DNA of 64,000 nt from Promethearchaeota archaeon (GCA_048940445.1 JBHLON010000010.1:139-64138), one strand, 5' to 3'. Numbered from the stretch's first letter, positions 47,838 to 57,402 are shown. The notes: generated from the sequence alone by a model not told the origin. Numbers and translations: made by a program.

Positions 47838-48638
47838 ATGTCTATTGTTGGAATAGATTATAATAAATGCAATAGTTGTAAAATTTGTTTAAGCACATGT
47901 ATTCTTTTCAGATTTAATCAAGAATCTGAAAAGGTAGAATATATTGATTCAAAAGATTTCTGTAATTTATGTGGTCAATGTATCGCACGATGCCCAGAGA
48001 ACGCAATTTTATATAAAAATTTAGGAGTTACTAATGAATTTCAAGGAGTTAGTAAACCAGAAGAAATAATTACATATGAAATACTTTATGATTTTTTAAG
48101 AGCCCATCGCTCAATTCGGCGTTTTCGACAAAGAAAAGTTCCTAATGAACTTCTTCGGAAAGTATTTAATGCTATGAGTTATGCTCCTACAGGGGATAAT
48201 ATGAGATCTGAAAAATTTTCTATAATCTCTAATCAAGATCAGATTAAGCAACTTAATGATGCCGTTATTCAAGAATTAATAAAAGATACTTACATGAAAG
48301 AACGGTATGGAAAGCTATTTCATCTCCTGGGAAAAGCATTTCGCAGTCCTATTTATTTTGACGCTCCACATATCATTTTTGTTACTTCTTTTCAAAGAGG
48401 AGCTGTTGAGCAGAATAATATTGGAATTATTATTACATATGGACGATTAGCAGCGCAATCACTGGGATTAGGAACTTGCTGGAATGGATGGACTCAAATT
48501 GCGATGAAAATTAATCCTGAAATAAAAAAATTAGTGAATATTGAGGGTGAGAACATAGGAATATTTATCATTGGCTATCCTGCAGTAAAATTTCATCGTA
48601 CATCTCCTCGGACATTAAAAAATGTTGATGGTCTTTAA
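47838..48638 (+). CDS. nitroreductase-family protein with N-terminal 2x[4Fe-4S] ferredoxin domain
   Basis: CNSCKICLSTC and CNLCGQCIARCPENAI, followed by RSIRRFRQRKVP and a nitroreductase-like core. Confidence 0.8.
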   Translation: MSIVGIDYNKCNSCKICLSTCILFRFNQESEKVEYIDSKDFCNLCGQCIARCPENAILYKNLGVTNEFQGVSKPEEIITYEILYDFLRAHRSIRRFRQRKVPNELLRKVFNAMSYAPTGDNMRSEKFSIISNQDQIKQLNDAVIQELIKDTYMKERYGKLFHLLGKAFRSPIYFDAPHIIFVTSFQRGAVEQNNIGIIITYGRLAAQSLGLGTCWNGWTQIAMKINPEIKKLVNIEGENIGIFIIGYPAVKFHRTSPRTLKNVDGL

Positions 48639-48864
48639 AAATTCATAAAATAATTTTTCAATTTATAACATAAAACAAATTTAAATTCTGAACTTCATAC
48701 CAAATTTAATCTTAATATGAAGTTAAACCTACTATGAATTACTTTCCAAAAGTATAATTAAAAAAAATTGGAAATCCCATGAAATGATAAATACCTCATA
48801 TTTACTGGCTTTACTTTTTCTGAAATTCCCTTTTAGTTTACTTCACTTTATTAATTAGATCTAA

Positions 48865-49119
48865 TTAATAACGCTTTCTTCTAGGTTTAAAACTCGGGCG
48901 ATCAGCCTTTTCGGTAACTTTTAAATTACTAGCTTGAGGCCCTTTAGATCCATCGACTATATCAAATTCTACCTTATCACCCTCATAAATTGCTTTAAAC
49001 TCATTATCCTTATCTTCAATCGCAGAAAAATGAACGAATACATCAGCTGCTCCGTCGTCTCGAGTAATAAAACCATAGCCTTTACGGCGATCAAACCATT
49101 TTACTGTTCCTTTTACCAT
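48865..49119 (-). CDS. csp: cold-shock domain protein with basic C-terminal tail
   Basis: [15 protein letters not shown] (RNP1) and VFVHFS (RNP2). The tail is [13 protein letters not shown]. Confidence 0.9.
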   Translation of the reverse strand: MVKGTVKWFDRRKGYGFITRDDGAADVFVHFSAIEDKDNEFKAIYEGDKVEFDIVDGSKGPQASNLKVTEKADRPSFKPRRKRY

Positions 49120-49141
49120 TGAAAAAACCCAATGCGCAAAT

Positions 49142-49168
49142 TGAGTACGTACTTAATTAACGTACTCA
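49142..49168 (-). promoter_or_regulatory. 9-bp stem / 9-nt loop hairpin in the putative csp 5' leader
   Basis: TGAGTACGT-acttaatta-ACGTACTCA read directly from the sequence, 23-49 nt upstream of the csp ATG. Confidence 0.35.
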
Positions 49169-49238
49169 CAAATAAGTAAAAAGTAACCATTCCAAATAAA
49201 TTTATTACTAAACTGCGGGAATATCGAGTTTATAAACT

Positions 49239-49754
49239 CTAGAATTCATAGAAGCATTTGGTACAGACTCTTTTTTTAGCATAAATTCTTCGAGGAACAT
49301 AGCTTAGTAATCTAGATTTATCTTCAACTTCCTTTATTGCAAAACCAGATGCGCCACATTTGGGACACTCTCTTTTATGTGTGGAAGTATCTGCACTCGT
49401 GGTCACAATTGGATTTTCTGTTTGTCGAATTACTGGACCTTCTACTGTTTGCTGACTATAATAAGGAGTTTGTGTTTGTTGTTGCTCATATTGTTCATAC
49501 TGTGTTCGTTCATAATTCTGATATTGAGGAGAACTCGGGATTGAAGGCTTAACCTTTTGTTGAGCATAGTAGGGAGATTGTATATTTTCTATCTGAGCTT
49601 TTAATTTTAGATTTTCATTATAAATTTGATATAATTGTTCATCTTTCTCCTTAATAAGCATTTGAAGTTGATTTACGTGATTCTGTAATTCTGAAATTTG
49701 ATAATTAAGTTCATTAATTCTTCTCTCATAATCTTCTATATTTGAAAACATCAT
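49239..49754 (-). CDS. coiled-coil / Q-Y-rich low-complexity / zinc-ribbon protein (C-terminal paralog of 45984-47219)
   Basis: 171 aa. N-terminal heptads, a central region PYYAQQ...QYQNYERTQYEQYEQQQTQTPYYSQQ, and the C-terminus ECPKCGASGFAIKEVEDKSRLLSYVPRRIYAKKRVCTKC. Confidence 0.6.
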   Translation of the reverse strand: MMFSNIEDYERRINELNYQISELQNHVNQLQMLIKEKDEQLYQIYNENLKLKAQIENIQSPYYAQQKVKPSIPSSPQYQNYERTQYEQYEQQQTQTPYYSQQTVEGPVIRQTENPIVTTSADTSTHKRECPKCGASGFAIKEVEDKSRLLSYVPRRIYAKKRVCTKCFYEF

Positions 49755-49908
49755 TCTTTATTCGCACCTTTCATAAAAATATACTTAAATTATTAATCGA
49801 CAAATAAATACTAGACTTGATTATTATTTAAAAATTCTTAAATGTCGGATTTTTTATTTTATTTTTAGGAAGAATATTAATTAAGTCTATGGATTTTATT
49901 TAATAAGC

Positions 49909-51426
49909 ATGACTACAATCACTATTTACGATGGAGCGAACACGATTGGCGGGAACAAAATTTATTTAAAAGAAGGCAAAAATGGCTTATTTCTTGATTT
50001 TGGAATGAACTTTAAAAAGTATAATAATTATTTTCAAGAATATTTAACAGAGCGTTCTTCCAGAGGAATCTTTGATCTTCTTCACCTCAAATTAATTCCC
50101 AAGTTAAATATATATCGAAAGGATCTAATTACTTCGGATATAGATCTGTCAACATTCCCTTCATTAAAAATTGATGCAGTGCTATTAAGTCATGCTCATA
50201 TGGATCATTTTGGAAATATCTCTTTACTTGATGAATCGATTCCAGTTATAGCATCTCCCACGACTATTACATTATTGAAATCTATTCGAGATAGTTCGAT
50301 CGCAAGTCTAAATAACGAAGTCGCATATTTTACCAAAAAGATTGCAACTGAAGATGAGAGAATCTTAAAAAGTGATAAAGCAGCTATTTATTGCAGACAA
50401 TTTATCAGTACGATTAGATTTCCTGATACACTTGAAGATTTTTTAACCGTTCGTTTTAGAAAAAAAGATTATGTAAAGGGTGAGCTATGCATGTTAAATG
50501 ATTTCTACACACCGTTTCAAATTAAAGCATTTGAGGTCGATCATTCGATATACGGTGCTACAGCTTTTCTCATTCAAGGAGAAAATACTGTTGCATATAC
50601 AGGGGATTTACGCCTTCATGGAAAAAAATCAAATTCAAGTAAAGAGTTTATAGCCAACTCAAAAGAGGCTTCTATTTTAATAATTGAGGGGACAAGAGCG
50701 AAGAGAAAAGATTTTAATGAACCTGAAGAAATTGTTTATCAGAATTGCCTTAAGCTGGTTGAAATATCTAAAGGTTTAGTTATTGCAGACTTTACTGCTA
50801 GAAATTTTGAAAGATTAGAAACATTTCATACTATTGCAAAAAAGGTGGGTAGAAAGTTAGTTATTACCTCAAAAGATGCTTATTTGCTAAAAGCGATTGA
50901 AAAAGTCGATGGTATTAACCGAACTAAGGATATGTTAATCTATAAGATGTTGAAAGTAAAACCATTAAGCTGGGAAAATTATCTTCTCAAAAGTGAGGCA
51001 GATATACAATTAATCGATCCTCTTGAGATCTCGAAAAATCCTGAAGATTATTTACTTTGTTTTTCTTTTTTTGACGTAAAAAATTTATTAGATATTAATC
51101 CAACTAAAGGTACATACATTTACTCTTCAAGTGAAGCGTTCGCAGAAGAATCAGAATTTGACTTCATTAGGTTAAATAACTGGCTTAGGCATTTTGGATT
51201 TGAGATATATGGTTTTGAAATAATTGAAAAACAAAATAGGTTAAAACCTGAATTTGTGAGAGGATTTCACGCATCTGGGCATTTATCTCAAAGTGAAATT
51301 AGATGGGTCATTGAAAGGATTGATCCTGATATTATTATTCCAGTCCACACTGATAATCCAAAATGGTTTAAAGAAAATTATGACAATGTAATACTTTTAC
51401 AAGATGGACAAAGTTTTTCCAAATAA
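49909..51426 (+). CDS. MBL-fold beta-CASP ribonuclease (RNase J-like)
   Basis: SHAHMDHFG, VDHSIYG, YTGDLRLHG, HASGH and PVHTD match the MBL and beta-CASP motifs in RNase J order. Confidence 0.65.
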   Translation: MTTITIYDGANTIGGNKIYLKEGKNGLFLDFGMNFKKYNNYFQEYLTERSSRGIFDLLHLKLIPKLNIYRKDLITSDIDLSTFPSLKIDAVLLSHAHMDHFGNISLLDESIPVIASPTTITLLKSIRDSSIASLNNEVAYFTKKIATEDERILKSDKAAIYCRQFISTIRFPDTLEDFLTVRFRKKDYVKGELCMLNDFYTPFQIKAFEVDHSIYGATAFLIQGENTVAYTGDLRLHGKKSNSSKEFIANSKEASILIIEGTRAKRKDFNEPEEIVYQNCLKLVEISKGLVIADFTARNFERLETFHTIAKKVGRKLVITSKDAYLLKAIEKVDGINRTKDMLIYKMLKVKPLSWENYLLKSEADIQLIDPLEISKNPEDYLLCFSFFDVKNLLDINPTKGTYIYSSSEAFAEESEFDFIRLNNWLRHFGFEIYGFEIIEKQNRLKPEFVRGFHASGHLSQSEIRWVIERIDPDIIIPVHTDNPKWFKENYDNVILLQDGQSFSK

Positions 51427-51688
51427 TTTTTATTTCACTGTACACATATATCGGAAGGATTACATTTTAAAAAGAAAAAAAATAGAGTAAATTATATTAT
51501 TAAACTTTTTAGTTATAAAATATTATTAAAATATCACAATTATCTGTTAGTAAAACCAAGATAGATAATTTTATCTATAAAATAGTTATAATAATCCTTT
51601 ATGAGAGGGTTGGAGGTTATCTTCCTAAAAAAGGCTCATCTTGGATTCTAAGTAAAAGTCTAAAGACAAGAAATATTTATCTGATAAT

Positions 51689-52408
51689 ATGAAAATTGAG
51701 CAAATTTGGCAAAATGATGAATGGACAGGAGAGGCAAGAAGATTAATTTCAGGATTAACTCAATTTCCGAGTGACTCAAAGATAATCATAATTCTTCGTC
51801 ATTCTCATAGAAAACACTCAGATGATCCTTGGCGAGTCTCAAAACTCAAACTTACTTCACTTGGACATGAGATTGCTAGAATTTTTGGAGAGAATTTACC
51901 ATTAGAAAGAGAGTTACGATTATTTTATAGTTTTTTAGATCGTTGTAAGGAAACTGCTGAGGATATTTTGAGGGGCTTCAAAAGTAAAGGCGGGATTGGA
52001 TTTCTAATGAATAATCTTGATGTATTAGTTGATATTGGGATGGAACCAGATACTTTTTTTACTGAAATTACAAATCATTCTTTAATAAATTTCTTTTTCC
52101 GTTGGATCGCGGGATTATATCCTCCAGAGATTCTTACTCCATTTAATATATTTTGTCAACAAGCTGCATATACTATTTGGGAGAAAATTGAGCATGCTCC
52201 TAACAAAGGGATTGATATCCATGTTTCTCATGATCTTATTATCTTAAGTTATAAATTTGGGTGGTTTGGATTACTCCCAAATAATTATTGGCCTTCATTT
52301 TTAGGAGGTTTTGCATTTACTTTTAATAAAGAAACTATTTTACTTCTTGACAATAATGGTTTTACTTCGATTGAAATACCATATTGGTGGAAAAATTACT
52401 TGAGGTAG
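51689..52408 (+). CDS. histidine-phosphatase-superfamily protein (copy 1)
   Basis: ILRHSHR (RHG-type motif) and IHVSHD. It is paralogous to 53419-54129. Confidence 0.6.
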   Translation: MKIEQIWQNDEWTGEARRLISGLTQFPSDSKIIIILRHSHRKHSDDPWRVSKLKLTSLGHEIARIFGENLPLERELRLFYSFLDRCKETAEDILRGFKSKGGIGFLMNNLDVLVDIGMEPDTFFTEITNHSLINFFFRWIAGLYPPEILTPFNIFCQQAAYTIWEKIEHAPNKGIDIHVSHDLIILSYKFGWFGLLPNNYWPSFLGGFAFTFNKETILLLDNNGFTSIEIPYWWKNYLR

Positions 52409-52416
52409 GGATGGAT

Positions 52417-53352
52417 TTATAGGCTCATAGTTTTCATTTTGTGTTCAAGTAATTCAAATCCTGCCTTAATCATTTCTGGAATCTCATTGTCTAAACCAAA
52501 TGTGATATAAGGCAAGCTACTTCGACCATATATGAATTTCATTCGATTTTTAAAGTTAATGTCTAATTTATGTTGATAGGATGAGATTATATGGTCCAAG
52601 AAGAGATCTCCCTCTTTAAAAAATAAAAAATCAGCAGCGGGATCATAAATTCGTGAGTCCTCAAAATCAATTATTCCTGTAATTTTAAAGGTTTTTGGAT
52701 CTATTAGAATGTTAGAAGTGTCAAAATCTCCATGTATCAAGGTTGGCTTAAAACGAAAATTTTCTTTCTCATCTAAGAATTTCTTGAAGAGTTTATTTAA
52801 CCATTCCTTTTGTTTAGAATTAAGCAATGTAAATATCTTCTTTTGAATCGTGTTGTAATATTCATACCATTCTTTTTCATATTGCTTTGATGAATAATTT
52901 TCACCCATATCATTTGAGACAACGTCTCGAAGGGTATCTGAATGTAAATGCGATAAAAATTGTCCAATTTGCTCAGCAATTTTGATTTTTTGGCTTTTTG
53001 AGGTTTTATGAAAGCATTGAGATAGAGAGATCCCATCAATTTTATCATAACCAATTAATGGGTAATTCAATTCAACTGAGACATAAATCGGGTCAGGAAT
53101 AGTGAACGGGACATATTTTTCTATTAGATTTAATATTTTAAGTTCTCTTTTAATTAAGTTTACCCCCTTGATGTTTCTTAAATGTATATCAGGAAAACGA
53201 AAAATATATTTCTTTTTTACTTCAAAAACGTTATATGTTCCATGGTAAAGAAACTTAATGTCTGGCTTCTCGATATCATGAAAAAAAACATACAATGCAT
53301 CAATTAATTCTGATAAGGAGATGTCTGCTTTTCTACTCTCTTCATAAAACAT
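52417..53352 (-). CDS. aminoglycoside-phosphotransferase (APH)/choline-kinase-fold small-molecule kinase
   Basis: LIHGDFDTSNILID (HxDxxxxN) and IIDFEDS. Confidence 0.8.
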   Translation of the reverse strand: MFYEESRKADISLSELIDALYVFFHDIEKPDIKFLYHGTYNVFEVKKKYIFRFPDIHLRNIKGVNLIKRELKILNLIEKYVPFTIPDPIYVSVELNYPLIGYDKIDGISLSQCFHKTSKSQKIKIAEQIGQFLSHLHSDTLRDVVSNDMGENYSSKQYEKEWYEYYNTIQKKIFTLLNSKQKEWLNKLFKKFLDEKENFRFKPTLIHGDFDTSNILIDPKTFKITGIIDFEDSRIYDPAADFLFFKEGDLFLDHIISSYQHKLDINFKNRMKFIYGRSSLPYITFGLDNEIPEMIKAGFELLEHKMKTMSL

Positions 53353-53418
53353 AATTGAAAATAGCTTTAATGTGATTTTAAGTGTAAATTATGTAAATAA
53401 TGATTTATTTATTATGGT

Positions 53419-54129
53419 ATGGAAGATGAACCTTTATGGGAAATAGAAAGTTGGACCCTTCAAGTTCGTCAACTCATAAAAAAACTCTCAAAATTCTCTG
53501 AAAAATCCAAATTAATTCTAATTTTAAGGCATTCTGAAAGACTTGAGCCAAAAGAAATCGGGGATGGAATAGAATTGCATTTAACTGAAAAAGGACATAA
53601 AATGGCCCATCTTTTTGGTCTTAAATTGCCTAAAGAACGACAAATTAGAATATATCACAGTGTTGCAGCACGATGCAAAGAAACAGCAGTTGATATTTTA
53701 AAAGGCTTTGAAAGTAACGGTGGCAATGGAAATATAGAGGGGAATCTAGAACCTTTACATGTGCTAGGAGTCGATCGTGAATTTTTCATTAAGGAACTTA
53801 AGAAAAGACCGACAGCTGAATTTTTTAGGAGATGGATGGCAGTATTGTATCCTCCGCATAAAATAAGTAGACTTTCTACTTACTGCCAGAATGCTGCAAA
53901 AGTAATATGGAATCGTTTTTCTACTCTTCCAGAAGGAGGAATAGATCTCCATGTGACCCATGAAATTCTTATTATGGCTTTAAGGTTAGGATGGTTTGGT
54001 TTACCACCTAATGATTATTGGGTTAACTTTCTTGGAGGATATGCTTTTACATTTAAAAATGACAAGATTTTACTCTTAGACAATAACCAGTTTTTAGAAG
54101 TTGATTACCCATACTGGTGGAGATTATGA
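53419..54129 (+). CDS. histidine-phosphatase-superfamily protein (copy 2)
   Basis: ILRHSER and LHVTHE. It shares RCKETA, LYPP, GWFGL, FLGG.AFTF, ILLLDNN and PYWW with copy 1. Confidence 0.6.
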   Translation: MEDEPLWEIESWTLQVRQLIKKLSKFSEKSKLILILRHSERLEPKEIGDGIELHLTEKGHKMAHLFGLKLPKERQIRIYHSVAARCKETAVDILKGFESNGGNGNIEGNLEPLHVLGVDREFFIKELKKRPTAEFFRRWMAVLYPPHKISRLSTYCQNAAKVIWNRFSTLPEGGIDLHVTHEILIMALRLGWFGLPPNDYWVNFLGGYAFTFKNDKILLLDNNQFLEVDYPYWWRL

Positions 54130-54138
54130 TAAGAACCC

Positions 54139-55161
54139 TTATTTTAATCTAACTCTTGGATCAAGTGCACTATTAATAAGATCAGCTATAAGATTTAATA
54201 TAATCACTGAAATTGAAAAAACAAAAACAATAGCTATAATCAGAGAATAATCTGAAACTCTAACAGCTAATCGAAACAGGAAACCCAGCCCAGGGAAATT
54301 GTAAATTATTTCAACGGCAATCATTCCACCAAATACTAATGGAAATCCCATAGCTGATACTGTAATAACTGGTGGTAAAGCATTCTTAACAGCATGTTTC
54401 TTTACAATTTGCTTTTTCGAACATCCTTTTGCTTCTGCAGTTCTGATATAATCGTTTTGTAAAACATCCAAGAGACTAGATCTTGTATGCCTAATAACAG
54501 CAACCATTTGAATAATCGTCATCGCTGAAATAGGGACTATGAGATGCCAAATGTAATCTACAAATATGTATATTTGGCCAGATAAGAGAGAATCTATTAA
54601 ACGCGACCCAGTGATTATTGGTGGTTCGGGATATCTAAGATTTTTATATCCAAACATAGGTAATATTTTTAACGGTGTGTAAATATATAATTGCCAAAAA
54701 AATATTACTATGACAAAAGCTGGAATTGAAATAAAGAAATAAGTAAAAATTCTGATAATTTTATCTCTTAAAGAATTCTTATGGGAAGCAGCAATTCTCC
54801 CTAATAAAAATCCAAAAAACATAGCAATTAATAAGCTTATTATCGTAACTTCTAAAGTTTTTGGTAAATGAGTATTAATTAAGTCCCAAATGGGATAATC
54901 TGGTTGTACTGAAAGTGAAACACCCCAATTTCCTGTCAGTATATCTCCCATATAAACAAAAAATTGAACGATGATAGGTTCATCTAATCCTAACCTTGCC
55001 CTTTCTTTGTAATAGTCTTCCAGAGTAGCTTTGGCTGGAAGCCGGTGCCACACAGGATCTCCTGGAATCATCCTCGATAAGAAAAAAGTAATAACTATTA
55101 TCGCAAATATCGTAACGAGTGATAATAATATCCTTTTAATAAGATATTTTAAAAATTTCAT
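54139..55161 (-). CDS. ABC transporter permease (Opp/DppB-type)
   Basis: N-terminal IKRILLSLVTIFAIIVITFFL..IPGDPV and the EAA-loop region YIRTAEAKGCSKKQIVKKHAVKNAL. Confidence 0.85.
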   Translation of the reverse strand: MKFLKYLIKRILLSLVTIFAIIVITFFLSRMIPGDPVWHRLPAKATLEDYYKERARLGLDEPIIVQFFVYMGDILTGNWGVSLSVQPDYPIWDLINTHLPKTLEVTIISLLIAMFFGFLLGRIAASHKNSLRDKIIRIFTYFFISIPAFVIVIFFWQLYIYTPLKILPMFGYKNLRYPEPPIITGSRLIDSLLSGQIYIFVDYIWHLIVPISAMTIIQMVAVIRHTRSSLLDVLQNDYIRTAEAKGCSKKQIVKKHAVKNALPPVITVSAMGFPLVFGGMIAVEIIYNFPGLGFLFRLAVRVSDYSLIIAIVFVFSISVIILNLIADLINSALDPRVRLK

Positions 55162-55494
55162 ATCAAATTCACTCTACTAATCTTTTTATCACGAAGAATG
55201 GAAATAATTCTCTTTGCAAATTTCTTTCAAATATATAAATTTCAGTATCTTATTTAATTTAATTAAATATTATCATTTAATATTAACATTAGAGTACATT
55301 TTCATTTCGATTCAATGACTATAATAGATGTAAAAAGAGAAATACAAGCAGAAAGTAATACAAGTAATATAATAAATATTGAATTCTTTAGAGTTCTTAA
55401 GAATGTTAAATTCTTCTTTTTTTTAGATCATATCGATAGGGAAATTAAAGATATTCAATTATACTCAGATATAAAAAGGTCAAACGGAAGAACC

Positions 55495-56322
55495 ATGAAA
55501 TCCTTAAAATCATTTTTATTTATTATTGGATTAACTATAGTTTTTTGTCTTGTTAATATAGCTATTTTTCAAGATTGGTTTTCATATCGTACAAAAGCAT
55601 CAGGATTTGGACTCGGTTGGTTATCTAATAAAGCTTTTTCACCTCCATCGCCTCAACATCCCTTAGGGACAACATTTAGTGGTTTTGATGTTTTAGCCAG
55701 ACTTATTTTTGGCACTCGGTATACATTAATTGTTATTTTAGTTTCTACACTCATTAGTGTATTCGCAGGAATTATAATAGGATTAATTTCTGCATTTTAT
55801 GGAGGTTGGCTTGATATGATTGTAATGAGGATTATGGATATTTTGATGTCCTTCCCAGGAGTTGTTTTCGCTATTCTTTTTCTTTTAATTTTGGGTCGAA
55901 CTTACGAATTGACTATTATTGCTTTTGGGATAATTGGACTTCCTTACTTCTCTAGAGTTGTTCGAAGTTGTGTTCTGAAAGAAAAAGAATTACCTTATAT
56001 CCAAGCTGCGAAAGTAATTGGAGCAAAAAAGATGAGAATAATGTTTCTACATATTTTACCAAACTGTTATCAATCCATTTTAGTTTCAACAGCCTTTAAT
56101 GTTGGAAAGGTTTTGTTAGGTTTAACAGTTCTAGCTTTTTTAGGATTTAACAGAATTCCATTCTTCTGGGGACAGGATATCATAAGTGTCATGAATTATG
56201 TATATACAGCACCGTGGGCTATTTTTTGGCCAGTTGTTATGATAATTATAACTATAATGGGTTTCTTATTACTTGGTGATGGCCTACGAGAAACTTTTTC
56301 ATTAAAGACTGAGCAAATATAA
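55495..56322 (+). CDS. ABC transporter permease (Opp/DppC-type)
   Basis: HPLGTTFSGFDVLARLIFG and YIQAAKVIGAKKMRIMFLHILPN. I chose the ATG at 55495 (MKSLKSF, just before TM1) over the track start at 55315. Confidence 0.85.
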   Translation: MKSLKSFLFIIGLTIVFCLVNIAIFQDWFSYRTKASGFGLGWLSNKAFSPPSPQHPLGTTFSGFDVLARLIFGTRYTLIVILVSTLISVFAGIIIGLISAFYGGWLDMIVMRIMDILMSFPGVVFAILFLLILGRTYELTIIAFGIIGLPYFSRVVRSCVLKEKELPYIQAAKVIGAKKMRIMFLHILPNCYQSILVSTAFNVGKVLLGLTVLAFLGFNRIPFFWGQDIISVMNYVYTAPWAIFWPVVMIIITIMGFLLLGDGLRETFSLKTEQI

Positions 56323-56449
56323 TTAGTAATTTTTGATGCTTTATTTAGATATTAGATTAATTCTTATATTAATTGTTTTAAACCTTAAAATTTATAAGTA
56401 AAGATCGATTAGTTCTATATAGTACAATCCCATATAAAAATAAAATGAA

Positions 56450-56920
56450 GTGAACTATATGAATAATGAACAAGTGAAAAAAGAATGTTTAGAGTTAATG
56501 GAACGGTCTAAAGCAGCATATCTCACTACAATAGACCATGAAGGAAAACCTATCACAAGAGCTATGTTCAATTTAAGAAATAAACAGCAATTTCCAGACC
56601 TTTCTAAGTTATTCTTAAACCAAAAAAATCAATTTTTAATCTACATCTCCACAAACACATCTTCATCTAAAATATCCCACATTAAAAAAAATTCCGCAAT
56701 TAATGTTTATTTCTGCGATCCAGATGACTTTAAAGGGGTGATGTTAGGTGGAGATGCGGAGATAATTGAGGATATGAAGATAAAGCAACATGTCTGGTTA
56801 GATTGGTGGACGAGATACTACCCTGAAGGCCTTAATGATCCAGATTATACTCTGTTACGTTTAAATCCTAAAACTCTAAGATATTATTATAGATTAGATC
56901 AAATTAAGTTGAATTTGTGA
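56450..56920 (+). CDS. pyridoxamine 5'-phosphate oxidase-family (general stress protein 26-like) protein
   Basis: AAYLTTIDHEGKPITRAMF and GDAEIIEDMKIKQHVW. Confidence 0.65.
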   Translation: MNYMNNEQVKKECLELMERSKAAYLTTIDHEGKPITRAMFNLRNKQQFPDLSKLFLNQKNQFLIYISTNTSSSKISHIKKNSAINVYFCDPDDFKGVMLGGDAEIIEDMKIKQHVWLDWWTRYYPEGLNDPDYTLLRLNPKTLRYYYRLDQIKLNL

Positions 56921-56923
56921 AGT

Positions 56924-57376
56924 TTGATGGAATCTCAAAAGAGAGGTGGATTTTTAGTTGCTAAAGTACATCAACTTTCTCAGAGGATTTTCACTAAAAT
57001 TCTTAGAAAAGCGAATGTAACCGAATTAAACCCTGCTCAAGGAAGAATCATGTTTGTTTTATGGCGTGAAGATAATATTTCAATCCATGAACTATCAAAA
57101 AGAACTCTTTTGAGTAAATCAACTTTAACTTCAATGCTTGATCGCCTGGAGAAATCGGGATTTATAAAGCGAGTACCATCAAAAACAGATAGAAGGAAAA
57201 TCTTAATCCAATTAATAAATAAAGATGAGAGCTTTCAAACGAAATATATTAATGTCTCCAAAGATATGACAAGAGTTTATTACAATAATTTCACAGAGCA
57301 AGAAATTAATGAATTTGAAAAATATTTAGAACGAATTTTAAATAATCTTTTAAAATATAATAAGAAAAATAAATAA
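56924..57376 (+). CDS. MarR family transcriptional regulator
   Basis: LNPAQGRIMFVLWREDNISIHELSKRTLLSKSTLTSMLDRLEKSGFIKRVPSKTDRRK. Confidence 0.85.
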   Translation: MMESQKRGGFLVAKVHQLSQRIFTKILRKANVTELNPAQGRIMFVLWREDNISIHELSKRTLLSKSTLTSMLDRLEKSGFIKRVPSKTDRRKILIQLINKDESFQTKYINVSKDMTRVYYNNFTEQEINEFEKYLERILNNLLKYNKKNK

Positions 57377-57402
57377 TTCCAATTCTTTATTTCCTCTCTT
57401 TT

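Noticed and set aside
48691-48724. 9-bp stem (AACTTCATA / TATGAAGTT) with a 16-nt loop between the convergent nitroreductase and csp genes
   Set aside because: It could be a bidirectional terminator. However, archaeal termination mainly uses oligo-T tracts, and the stem is AT-rich with a large loop, so the evidence is not strong enough for a feature call.
48851-48868. Perfect 18-bp palindrome TTAATTAGATCTAATTAA overlapping the csp stop codon
   Set aside because: It is almost entirely A/T and would form only a weak hairpin. Such palindromes are expected in this composition, so I mention it under the csp finding only.
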